Source: Gemmatimonadales bacterium (lineage in GTDB: Bacteria > Gemmatimonadota > Gemmatimonadetes > Gemmatimonadales > GWC2-71-9). Taken from it: a DNA stretch of 64,000 nucleotides. The stretch is taken from positions 736,001-800,000 of the forward strand of contig OZ252244.1 in NCBI GenBank assembly GCA_965249575.1. Direction: 5' to 3'. A program made the translations under genes and the position numbers. Numbering within the stretch: the stretch's first letter is position 1; every line of letters starts with the position of its first letter. Positions 27,743 through 36,933 of this stretch are shown piece by piece. Under the pieces are notes generated by a model. The model was given only the letters and a program-made list of their open reading frames with translations, made no database searches and was not told the origin of the DNA.

Positions 27743-29026
27743 CTAACGGACACCTATGATCTGGTCTCTCCTGGTCCCTACGCTCACATACCCAATGGGC
27801 ACCCGAAGCAGATCCTCGATGCGGTCGAGGTAGGCGCGGGCCTGGGGCGGTAGGTCGGCCAATTTTCTGGCGCCGCTCGTCGGCTTGCACCACCCTTCGA
27901 GAACCTCGTAGACCGGTTCGACCCCCACCAGCGCGTGGGTGGCTGCGGGAAGGTCTTGCACCATCCCATCGTCGGTTCGGTACGCGGTGCACAACGGGAT
28001 GCGCGGAATTGTGTCGAGGACATCGAGCTTAGTGACTGCAAGATCGGTCAACCCGTTGATCCGCACCGCGTATCGCGCCACCACCGCGTCAAACCAGCCG
28101 CATCGCCTGGGTCGTCCAGTCGTGGCGCCGTACTCCTCTCCGAGGATACGGAGCTGCTCGCCCTCACGCCCGCCTCCTTCCGTTGGCAGGGGACCGTTCC
28201 CGACTCGGGTCGTGTACGCCTTCACGACGCCCAAGATTGCATCGATGGCCGTGGGTCCGATGCCCGCGCCGACCGAGGCTCCGCCGGCGGTGGTATTGGA
28301 GGAGGTCACGAACGGATAGGTCCCGTGGTCAACATCGAGGAGCGCCCCCTGGGCCCCTTCGAGCAGCACGCGGCGCCCGTCCCGCAACGCGTCATACGTC
28401 AGGCGCCCGATATCCGTCGTCATGGGCAAAAGTCGTGGGGCCACTCGCTCAAAGAGCACCACATGCTGCTCGACGGTGGCTCGCTCGGATGAGTCGAGCA
28501 TCGCTAGGACACGATTGGCCCGATCAACCGCGTCGGTTACGGCAGCCTGCGCGCGCTCGAGATCGGAGAGGTCGCTCAAACGAATACCGCGACGGCCGTA
28601 CTTGTCCTCATAGGCGGGCCCGATACCGCGGCCGGTCGTGCCGATCTTTTGCACTTCCTCGTAAGCCCGGTCGATGAGCTTGTGGTATGGGAGTACCAGG
28701 TGCGCTCTGTCAGAGAGAAACAGGCGCCCGTCGGTGCGCACCCCGCGGCTGGCCAGCTCGTCGATCTCACTGATCAACGTCTCGGGGTCCAGCACGACGC
28801 CGTTACCGATCAGGCAACTCGTGCGCTCGTGTAAAATCCCGGACGGGATCTGATGGAGGATGAACTCGTCGTCCCCTTTAACGACGGTGTGGCCGGCATT
28901 CGCGCCCCCCTGATATCGCACGACAAGATCGGCGCGTTCGGAGAGCACATCGACGATCTTACCCTTGCCCTCATCCCCCCACTGCGCGCCTGCGACGACT
29001 ACACAGTGGTTCTTGGGCCCAAACAT
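27743..29026 (-). CDS. purA: Adenylosuccinate synthase
   Basis: QWGDEGKGK, GGANAGHT, EGAQG, GATTGRPRRCGW, TKLDVL. Confidence 0.97.
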   Translation of the reverse strand: MFGPKNHCVVVAGAQWGDEGKGKIVDVLSERADLVVRYQGGANAGHTVVKGDDEFILHQIPSGILHERTSCLIGNGVVLDPETLISEIDELASRGVRTDGRLFLSDRAHLVLPYHKLIDRAYEEVQKIGTTGRGIGPAYEDKYGRRGIRLSDLSDLERAQAAVTDAVDRANRVLAMLDSSERATVEQHVVLFERVAPRLLPMTTDIGRLTYDALRDGRRVLLEGAQGALLDVDHGTYPFVTSSNTTAGGASVGAGIGPTAIDAILGVVKAYTTRVGNGPLPTEGGGREGEQLRILGEEYGATTGRPRRCGWFDAVVARYAVRINGLTDLAVTKLDVLDTIPRIPLCTAYRTDDGMVQDLPAATHALVGVEPVYEVLEGWCKPTSGARKLADLPPQARAYLDRIEDLLRVPIGYVSVGTRRDQIIGVR

Positions 29027-29121
29027 GGCACCAGTCTTCCTCCACCTGAGCGGGCAAGAGGATGCCTCGGCGGGTCCGCCGAGGCATCCTCAAACAAACC
29101 TATCGTCGATCGGTAAACCGG

Positions 29122-29937
29122 TCAACCAATCGCTGCCCGCGTATCGGCGATACGCGGCGAGCTCCCCAGCTCAGCCCCCTCGGCCGGAGGAATCGAATGT
29201 TCGGCGAGCGGCAGGAGAAAATCGGGCGTGCGACGGAGACGTGGCCGGCCGGTCTCGGCTTCCCACAGTTTCTCGAGAAAGCGCATGTGCTCGTCCATGA
29301 CTGCATCGACCGCGTCCGGATCGCCCTGCATGACGGCCTGCAGAGTGCGCTCGTGAATAGAGACCACCCACGCGGGCTCATGGGTACCTCGCAGGGTCAT
29401 CCCACGAGCAAGCTCGAGTTGGCGAAAGAGAGATCGCATGAGCGAGACGATTGTGCTGTTGCGCGTCGCCCGCGCGAGCCGCAGATGAAACTGCAGGTCC
29501 AGCTGAAGGACACGGTCGCGATCGTCGGGGCATTCGCGCTGACGGTCGATCGTTCGCCTCATCGCGTCAAAGTCCTCCTCGGTGCCGTGGAGGGCCGCAA
29601 GGAGGGCCACACGCGGCTCGAAGAGGCGCCGCGCCTCCAACACTTCCGAGACGTCACTCAGGCGGAGTCTCGAAGTCTCTTCCAACAGCTGGCCTGGGAC
29701 GACTTCGGATCGGACGAACATACCGCCCGCCGGACCGGGGCGGACGGTGAGCACTCCGCAGTCGGAAAGCAGCTTGACCGCCTCCCGGAGCGTCGGACGG
29801 CTGATTGCCATTTGAGCCGCTAGTGCCCGTTCCGAAGGTAGGCGATCACCGACCAGGAGGTCGCCCGCCCGAATGACGTCAGTAATCTGTTCTACCGCCC
29901 CTTCGAATGCCCTGCGAGTCCTGACAGGTGTGAACAC
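29122..29937 (-). CDS. GntR/FadR-family regulator
   Basis: GDRLPSERALA..ISRPTLREA HTH, FCD domain DLQFH..ATRN; GTG 29937 with GGAGG. Confidence 0.9.
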   Translation of the reverse strand: MFTPVRTRRAFEGAVEQITDVIRAGDLLVGDRLPSERALAAQMAISRPTLREAVKLLSDCGVLTVRPGPAGGMFVRSEVVPGQLLEETSRLRLSDVSEVLEARRLFEPRVALLAALHGTEEDFDAMRRTIDRQRECPDDRDRVLQLDLQFHLRLARATRNSTIVSLMRSLFRQLELARGMTLRGTHEPAWVVSIHERTLQAVMQGDPDAVDAVMDEHMRFLEKLWEAETGRPRLRRTPDFLLPLAEHSIPPAEGAELGSSPRIADTRAAIG

Positions 29938-30255
29938 ATAGACCTCCCGCGTGACGGACTGTCCTCGGCGAACGCTGACGGGCCCTGCTCGGTCCCGCCC
30001 GCTAGGCGCCCACGTGCGCCCCTGAACTTGAAAACGCACGAGACCCACCTCTTGTTGCCGGACCAAGAGCGGTCATACCCCGTCGTGGGGGCAACGGGGT
30101 CCGGATCAAGACATTGCGGAAAGGGAAGATCGACCACAGGCAGTGCGCTGCGGCAGTACAATGACCTAGAAAGTACAGGGTGCGGGGGTTCGTGAAGCTC
30201 TCAGAGGAAGGACCGCTGGATCCGCACGGAGGTCCCATGGCCGTCGACAGTTGGA

Positions 30256-31152
30256 TTAGGCCGGCACCAGTCCCGCCGCACGGATACTAGTGGCCACGCG
30301 GTTCTTCTCGTCTGGCGGCAGATCGGTGAGGGGGCTCCGCACCGGCCCACCGACAAGCCCAACCGCATCCATTGCGGCCTTCACACCGGCGACCCCAAGG
30401 GCCCCTACGATGGCCTTGCCGAGGGGACCGATGACTTCTTGGGCCGCGCCGGCTGCACCCTTGTCACCCTCCGTGAAGTGCGCCCCAACACTCACGCACT
30501 CTGCAGCGGCGTAGCATGCAACGGCGAGAATCCCGCCGGAGGCCCCCATTTCCAGCGCGGCATAGTAATGGCTGGCACTCCCCACCAGGAGCGCCCACGA
30601 GGGCGCCGCTTCCCGGTAGGTCGCGAAGTTCTTGAGATCGCCCGATGAGTCCTTGGCTCCAACGATATTCGGGTGTTCGGTCAGTGCGGCGATCATCGAA
30701 TCGCTGATCGCGAGGTGCGTGTACTTCGGAATGTTATAGACCAGAACGGGGATGGGTGACTGGTCGGCGACCCGCCGGAAGTGATCGACGACGGCATTCG
30801 GCGTCATGGCCGGACCGTAGTATGACGGCGTCCGGACCAGGGCGAAATCGGCGCCCCCATCTGCCGCGTCCCGGCAAGCCGCCACCGCCGCGCGGGTCGA
30901 TTCCCGACCGGTCCCAGCCACCAAGCAGCGGTCCGGCGGTACCACATCCCGCAGCCACTCGACCAGTTGCCGTGTCTCCGCCTCGCTAAGCAGGGGAGCC
31001 TCTCCGGTGGAGCCGGCGACGACGATCCCCGACACCCCGGCATCCAGCAGTGCACGCGCGTTGGAGCGAAGAGGAACCGGTGCCACGTCCCCCGTCGCAT
31101 CGTCGAACGGCGTGGTGATGGGAACCAAGAGCCCCGTAGGTCCGGTCATCAA
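30256..31152 (-). CDS. Dihydrodipicolinate synthase-family aldolase
   Basis: TPF, GSTGE, YNIP, KDSSG (Schiff-base Lys); substrate not assignable. Confidence 0.88.
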   Translation of the reverse strand: MMTGPTGLLVPITTPFDDATGDVAPVPLRSNARALLDAGVSGIVVAGSTGEAPLLSEAETRQLVEWLRDVVPPDRCLVAGTGRESTRAAVAACRDAADGGADFALVRTPSYYGPAMTPNAVVDHFRRVADQSPIPVLVYNIPKYTHLAISDSMIAALTEHPNIVGAKDSSGDLKNFATYREAAPSWALLVGSASHYYAALEMGASGGILAVACYAAAECVSVGAHFTEGDKGAAGAAQEVIGPLGKAIVGALGVAGVKAAMDAVGLVGGPVRSPLTDLPPDEKNRVATSIRAAGLVPA

Positions 31153-32309
31153 GACGCTACCTCGTTCAGATCGCCAACCTCTCCGGCCGAATCGGAAGTT
31201 CCCCCATCATTCGGCTTTGGACTGCTGCCATCCGCTTTCGAACGCTCCAAGCCGTCCATGGCCCGCTCGAACAGCTCTTGATCTCCCACCGCCGCCAACG
31301 CAGCCTCCTTCGCGATGCTCCCGCTATGAGTAAGCAGCGCAAGATGCTGTTCGAAAACCTGCATGCCATGTTCGGCTCCCTGCTCCGCGACATAGTCATG
31401 AAGCTCCCCGACCCGATTTCGATCACGCAGTAGGTTTCGCACCGGCGGCGTTCCGACCATGACTTCCAGCGCGGCGCACCACCCCCCGTTGCCGACGCGG
31501 GGGAGCAACTGCTGAGCTAGAACCGCGTGGAGAGAGTCCGCCAGCCGAAGACGGGCTACCTCGCGTTCGTCGGCCGGGAACATGGCCACCATCCGCGCGA
31601 CCGTCGACATCAGATCCGGCGTGTGTAGAGCGGTCACAACCAATCGCCCCGTCTCCACCGCTTTGATGGCCGCGTCGATGGCGGCAGGATCGGGAAGCTC
31701 ACCAACCAAGATCACGTCAGGATCCTGCCGCAGGGCGGCGAGGAGGCCGACAGCGAATCCATCGGTGTCGACCCCCACCTCTCGTTGTGTTACCGATCCA
31801 AGCAGGTCGCGGTGCAAGAACTCGATCGGATTCTCGAGCGTGACGATATGCCGCTCGCTCGTTGCGTTGATGTGGTTGATGATGGCGGCCAGCGTGGAGC
31901 TCTTGCCACTACCAGCACGTCCCGAAATGACGACGAGGCCTCTCTGGGCCTGTGCAATCGTGGTCACGACGTCAGGAAGCCCGAGCTTCTCAACCGTCGG
32001 TACCTCAAATGGGATCACCCGCATGACGATCATGAAGGACGAGCGCTGTCTCAGAATGTTCACACGAAACCGCCCGACTCCCGGCGCGCCCCAAGAGCAG
32101 TCATAGTCTCGGATTTGATCGATGCGTTTGCGATCCTGCTCCGTGGGAATGAGGCGCAGCGCAATCGACTTTGTCTGATCGGGCGTCAATCGCTGTTTGG
32201 TGAGTGGCTGCAACGTGCCGTCGATACGCGCCCGGAACACGTCTCCGGCCTTGATATGCAGGTCGGATGCTCCACGTTCCACCGCAGCCTTGAGAATCTT
32301 GTCCATCAT
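31149..32309 (-). CDS. PilT/PilU-family ATPase (motif variants)
   Basis: ASDLH, RFRVN, GSGKSSTL, ENPIE, QREVG, LRQDPDVILVGE. Confidence 0.88.
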   Translation of the reverse strand: MMDKILKAAVERGASDLHIKAGDVFRARIDGTLQPLTKQRLTPDQTKSIALRLIPTEQDRKRIDQIRDYDCSWGAPGVGRFRVNILRQRSSFMIVMRVIPFEVPTVEKLGLPDVVTTIAQAQRGLVVISGRAGSGKSSTLAAIINHINATSERHIVTLENPIEFLHRDLLGSVTQREVGVDTDGFAVGLLAALRQDPDVILVGELPDPAAIDAAIKAVETGRLVVTALHTPDLMSTVARMVAMFPADEREVARLRLADSLHAVLAQQLLPRVGNGGWCAALEVMVGTPPVRNLLRDRNRVGELHDYVAEQGAEHGMQVFEQHLALLTHSGSIAKEAALAAVGDQELFERAMDGLERSKADGSSPKPNDGGTSDSAGEVGDLNEVAS

Positions 32310-32427
32310 TGGTCGGTTTGCACCCTCTTCGGAGGTCCGCGACGGTCCGCCGCTGCAGTGTTCCATGCCCAATCGCCACGGGCCAGACACACTGCGGCCG
32401 GCCGCCCGGGGATCGTGATGCACTCCA

Positions 32428-33432
32428 TCACCGATGGGCCTCCACCGCCCCGCCGACCGGCATCAATCCTAGGCGCTCCCTGACGCCCCGCATCGTCTCG
32501 GCTGCCACGGCGCGGGCTCGGTCCGCCCCACCAGCCAGGATCTCGCCCACGCCTTCGGGGCGGGCTTTCAGGTCCGCGGCCCTCGCCCGCATGGGCGCGA
32601 ACGTCTCCGCCATGTTCCGGGCCAAAACGCGCTTGCAGTCGAGGCACCCCCACCCGGCCGAGCGGCACTTATCGGCAACCTCCGCTACCGTCTCCGCCGG
32701 GGAGAAATGCTGGTGCAGCGTGTACAGATTGCATTTCTCCGGATCCCCCGGGTCGGACCGCGTTACGCGCGCGGGATCGGTCTTGGCTGGGCGTAGGCGC
32801 TCCCAGATCCGATCCGGTTCCTCGAGGATCCCCACCGTGTTTCCCAGACTCTTCGACATCTTGGCGCCGCCGTCCAACCCCAAGATGCGGCGCGCCTGGC
32901 CAACCCGAGCCTCGGGCTCGGGGAAGAACCCCGCCCCATAGCGAGCGTTCCACTTTCGGGCGATCTCGCGCATGAGTTCCACGTGCTGCAACTGATCTTC
33001 ACCGACGGGAACGGTATCGGCTTTGTAGAGCAGCACGTCGGCGGCCTGCAGGACCGGGTAACTGAGCAGACCCGACAGCACGCTTTCCTGGCGTTGGGCC
33101 TTGTCCTTAAATTGCGTCATCCGCTCCAGCTCCCCCAGCGGAGTAACCGTCAGGAACACCCAGCACAGCTCGGTATGCTCGGGCACGTGCGATTGCACGA
33201 AGAGGACGCACTTCTCCGGATCGATGCCGGCCGCCAAAAGCCCGACCGCCATCTCGAGCGTTCGCGACTCGAGCATCGATGCGTCGTAATCCTGCGTGAT
33301 CGCGTGGTAGTCCACGATGCAGATAAAACACTCGTGCTGATGCTGAAGCTCGACCCAATTGCGGACCGCGCCGAGGTAGTTCCCGATATGCAGCTCGCCG
33401 GAAGGCTGGATCCCCGAAAAAATGCGCGACAT
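32428..33432 (-). CDS. trpS: Tryptophan--tRNA ligase
   Basis: SGIQPSGELHIGNY, YPVLQAAD, VPVGEDQ, KMSKS. Confidence 0.97.
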   Translation of the reverse strand: MSRIFSGIQPSGELHIGNYLGAVRNWVELQHQHECFICIVDYHAITQDYDASMLESRTLEMAVGLLAAGIDPEKCVLFVQSHVPEHTELCWVFLTVTPLGELERMTQFKDKAQRQESVLSGLLSYPVLQAADVLLYKADTVPVGEDQLQHVELMREIARKWNARYGAGFFPEPEARVGQARRILGLDGGAKMSKSLGNTVGILEEPDRIWERLRPAKTDPARVTRSDPGDPEKCNLYTLHQHFSPAETVAEVADKCRSAGWGCLDCKRVLARNMAETFAPMRARAADLKARPEGVGEILAGGADRARAVAAETMRGVRERLGLMPVGGAVEAHR

Positions 33433-33468
33433 GGACTCAAGCTAGAAGCTCACTGAGGGGGCCGCAAG

Positions 33469-34263
33469 GTGCTACCAAATCATGACTTACTGGAACTTGC
33501 CGCCACGGCGGCGGACCGTGCGGCCCGCTACATACGGAGCGTCCCGCGACCCCGGGATCCCGAGGGGTGGCAGCGAAAGGGATTCAGTGATTTCGTGACC
33601 GAAGTTGATCGGGAAGCCGAGCGCCTGGTCACGGAGACGCTCCTGAGCGGGGCCCCGGAGTCGGTGATCCAGGGCGAGGAACTGAGTCCGGACCAGGACC
33701 AATCTGCGGACCTGCTGTGGATTGTCGATCCGTTGGACGGGACCACGAATTACCTGCACGGGTATCCAGCGTATGCCGTGAGCATCGCCGCGATGACCGG
33801 GGGACGGCTCGCCGCCGGCATCGTGGTCGACGTCCCGCACGGCATTACGTACCGGGCCACCGCTGGCGGGGGTTCCTGGCGCAACGGGGATCGCATTGCG
33901 GTCTCTCGTCTCTCAGATCCCGCCGACGCGTTGATTGGCACTGGATTCCCCTTTAAAACGCCGGAGGTACTCCCGCAGTACCTCCGGCAGTTTACCGCGC
34001 TGCTCCGGGTCACCGGTGGCGTGCGCCGGGGGGGGTCGGCGGCCCTGGATCTCATCGACGTCGCCCTCGGACGGCTAGACGGGTTCTGGGAGCTGCACTT
34101 GGCACCGTGGGACGTCGCCGCCGGTACGCTGATCGTTCGTGAGGCCGGCGGCGTCGTGACAAACACGGAAGGTTCGGAGGACGTCGTGACACACGGTCCG
34201 ATCGTCGCCGGAAACGGCACCCTACAGGCCTGGCTGCTCGAGACACTGCGACGACCACTGTGA
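33469..34263 (+). CDS. suhB: Inositol monophosphatase family
   Basis: DFVTEVD, GEE, WIVDPLDGTTNY, GSAALD, PWDVAAG. Confidence 0.9.
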   Translation: MLPNHDLLELAATAADRAARYIRSVPRPRDPEGWQRKGFSDFVTEVDREAERLVTETLLSGAPESVIQGEELSPDQDQSADLLWIVDPLDGTTNYLHGYPAYAVSIAAMTGGRLAAGIVVDVPHGITYRATAGGGSWRNGDRIAVSRLSDPADALIGTGFPFKTPEVLPQYLRQFTALLRVTGGVRRGGSAALDLIDVALGRLDGFWELHLAPWDVAAGTLIVREAGGVVTNTEGSEDVVTHGPIVAGNGTLQAWLLETLRRPL

Positions 34264-35590
34264 CCGCCCTCGTCGAGTGCGTACCGAATTTCAGCGAGGG
34301 TCGGGACGGCGACGTGCTCACCGCGCTCAGCGCAACCATCCGGGGTGTGCAGGGCGTGCACCTGCTGGACGTTCACGCCGACCACTGGCATCACCGATCG
34401 GTGTTCACATTCGTGGGACCACCCGACGCTGTCCTCGAGGCCGCGTTCCGGGCGGCTCGCACCGCCACCGACCGGATCGATCTCTCCACGCATGAAGGGG
34501 TGCACCCCCGAATCGGGGCCACCGACGTCGTCCCATTCGTCCCGCTCGAGGGCGCAGCGATGGATCAGTGCGTTTCGCTCGCGACCCGGCTGGCCGAACG
34601 TATCGGCTCGGAGCTGCAGATTCCCGCGTTTCTTTACGGGCGGGCTGCCTCCCGGCCGGAGCGGGAGACGCTCGCCCCGATGCGGCGCGGCGGGATCACC
34701 GGGCTCGAGAAGCGGATGCGGTCCGACCCTGCAATGGCGCCAGATAGCGGGCCCGGCCAGCTGCATCCCACGGCTGGGGCGATTGCGGTCGGCGCCCGGG
34801 ACGTCCTGGTGGCATTCAACGTCAATCTCGAGACCGACGATGTCGATACCGCCGAGCGTATCGCGCGCGAGATCCGAGCCTCGTCAGGCGGGATGCCGCA
34901 CGTGCAAGCCCGAGGCCTGCTCGTTGCCGGGCGGGCGCAGGTTTCCATGAATCTGCTGAACATCGACGTCACGCCTCCGGCCGCGGTACTCGAGGCAATT
35001 GCCTCCAGGGCTGCCGAGCAGGGAACCGGTGTCGCGAACAGCGAAGTCGTCGGACTGATTCCCGAGCGAGGGATTCTGCAAGCCGGGATCTCCTCCCTCG
35101 AGCTGTCCGCGTCAACCGAACGACTCCTGCTCGAACGCCGCGTGCGGCAAGCGGTCTGCGGGGATTTAGATCCCTGGATCACACGGTTGGCGGCTGGATC
35201 CCCGCTCCCAGGCGGAGGCGCGGCCGCCGCGATGGCCGGCACGCTGGCCGCCGCGTTGGCGGGAATGGTGAGCCGGCTGGCGATGCGCCGCCTTGTCTCA
35301 CCTGGTTCATCGGGAACGGAGCATGACGAGCTGGCTGCCCGCGCTGACAAGCTGCGACAGTCGTTGTACGCGCAGGCAGAAGCCGACGAGCAGACCTACC
35401 GCCGGTTTCTAGCCCTCGGGGAAAGGAGGGGGGCCGAGGCCGAGGCGCCGTCGAGGTCAACGTGGCGTTGATGAGCCGTCCTGAAGCGGGCGCGAAATGG
35501 CGGGAGGAGGCGAGACGCCTGGCCGCTCAGACCGACGAGGCAGCCGCGGCGGCGGTCCGTGCGGCGATTAGACCCGGGCTGGAGCCGTAA
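34260..35590 (+). pseudogene. ftcD: Glutamate formimidoyltransferase with a broken cyclodeaminase domain
   Basis: ECVPNFSEGR, HHRSV, GVHPRIGATDVVP intact; cyclodeaminase start SPLPGGGAAAA; frame stops at 35471, C-terminal VEVNV..EEARRL in another frame to 35590. The transferase domain may still be functional. Confidence 0.7.
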
Positions 35591-36338
35591 CCGCCGTTAG
35601 AATCCGCGGACCATCTGGCTCGATGGCTACCGTGTGTTCGAAGTGGGCGGACAATGAGCCGTCAACGGTAACCACCGTCCAGCGGTCATTGAGGGTGCGG
35701 ATGTCGGGCCGGCCGGCGTTGATCATCGGCTCGATCGCGATCGTCATGCCGATCACGAGCCGGGGACCGCGCTTCGGCTTCCCGTAATTCGGAATCTGCG
35801 GTTCCTCGTGGAAGCTGGTCCCGATCCCGTGACCTACGAGCTCGCGCACAACGCTGTAGCCAGCGTCCTCGGCGGTGTGTTGGACGGCGTGCCCGATGTC
35901 GCCCACGTGGTTTCCGACGACCGCGACGCGAACACCAGCATCGAGGGCCTTCCGGGTCACGCTGAGCAGTCGTTCCGTACTGTTACTCAATTCGCCTACG
36001 CCGATCGTCGTTGCCGAGTCCGCATGGAGCCCGTCAACGCACACACCGCAATCCACACTGATGATGTCTCCGTCGCGAAGGACGCGGGAATCCGATGGAA
36101 TCCCGTGAACGATCTCCTCATTGATCGACGTGCAGAGGGAGGCCGGGAATTCGTAGAGTCCCTTGAACGATGGGCGCGCACCCGGGTGGCTCCGGATGAA
36201 CTCTTCCGCGAGCTCGTCCAGGTCACCGGTGCTCATTCCCGGCTGTGCTCGAGAAGCGGCGAGAGCGAGCGTGTCCGCAACGATCCGCCCAGCTTCGGCC
36301 ATCGTCTCGATCTCGCGCGCCGACTTGATCGTAATCAC
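35568..36338 (-). CDS. map: Methionine aminopeptidase type I
   Basis: CTSINEEIVHGIP, GHGIG..HEEP, IEPM, SAHFEHT. Confidence 0.97.
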   Translation of the reverse strand: MITIKSAREIETMAEAGRIVADTLALAASRAQPGMSTGDLDELAEEFIRSHPGARPSFKGLYEFPASLCTSINEEIVHGIPSDSRVLRDGDIISVDCGVCVDGLHADSATTIGVGELSNSTERLLSVTRKALDAGVRVAVVGNHVGDIGHAVQHTAEDAGYSVVRELVGHGIGTSFHEEPQIPNYGKPKRGPRLVIGMTIAIEPMINAGRPDIRTLNDRWTVVTVDGSLSAHFEHTVAIEPDGPRILTAVTAPARV

Positions 36339-36898
36339 GTCTCCAAAACTCCAGCTACACGTTGTGCGACTTCCTCGATCGTACCCGTCGCGGGGACTTC
36401 CAGCAGCAGATCCCGTTTCTGGTAGAACTCGATCAGTGGCTGCGTTTGTTCCCTGTAGACCGCCAGTCGCTTTTGAAACGCCGCCGGCGTGTCATCCGCC
36501 CGGCCTTCGGCCCTGGCGCGCCCCTTCATGCGGTCGAGTAGCTCTGAATCCGGCACTTCCAGGCTGACCACGAAATCGACCCGTTTGTCCCGCTCACCCA
36601 GCAACCGCCCCACGGCCTCTGCCTGAGCGATCGTGCGGGGAAACCCGTCCATGATGATCCCATCCTGGGCCTGCTGAGACGCGAGCACCTCTTCGATCAA
36701 ACCCAGAATCACGTCGTCGGGGACGAGTAGTCCTTTCTCCATGAACGACTTGGCCCGCTTCCCAAGGGGCGTCCCATCGGCCACGGCGGCCCTCAACAGA
36801 TCTCCCGTTGAGACTCGGGGGGAGCCAGTGCCCTTTGCAAGAATAGCGCCCTGTGTGCCCTTTCCGGAACCCGGCGGGCCAAGCAATACGACGTTCAC
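36335..36898 (-). CDS. adk: Adenylate kinase (short LID)
   Basis: GPPGSGKGTQ, STGDLLR, DGFPRT, RADD. Confidence 0.97.
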   Translation of the reverse strand: MNVVLLGPPGSGKGTQGAILAKGTGSPRVSTGDLLRAAVADGTPLGKRAKSFMEKGLLVPDDVILGLIEEVLASQQAQDGIIMDGFPRTIAQAEAVGRLLGERDKRVDFVVSLEVPDSELLDRMKGRARAEGRADDTPAAFQKRLAVYREQTQPLIEFYQKRDLLLEVPATGTIEEVAQRVAGVLET

Positions 36899-36933
36899 GA
36901 GCGAGAAAAGCAGGACCGGTATACCTGCATGGA

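Noticed and set aside
30256..31152. Calling the aldolase dapA
   Set aside because: Family motifs only, with no lysine-pathway context; could be another class I aldolase.
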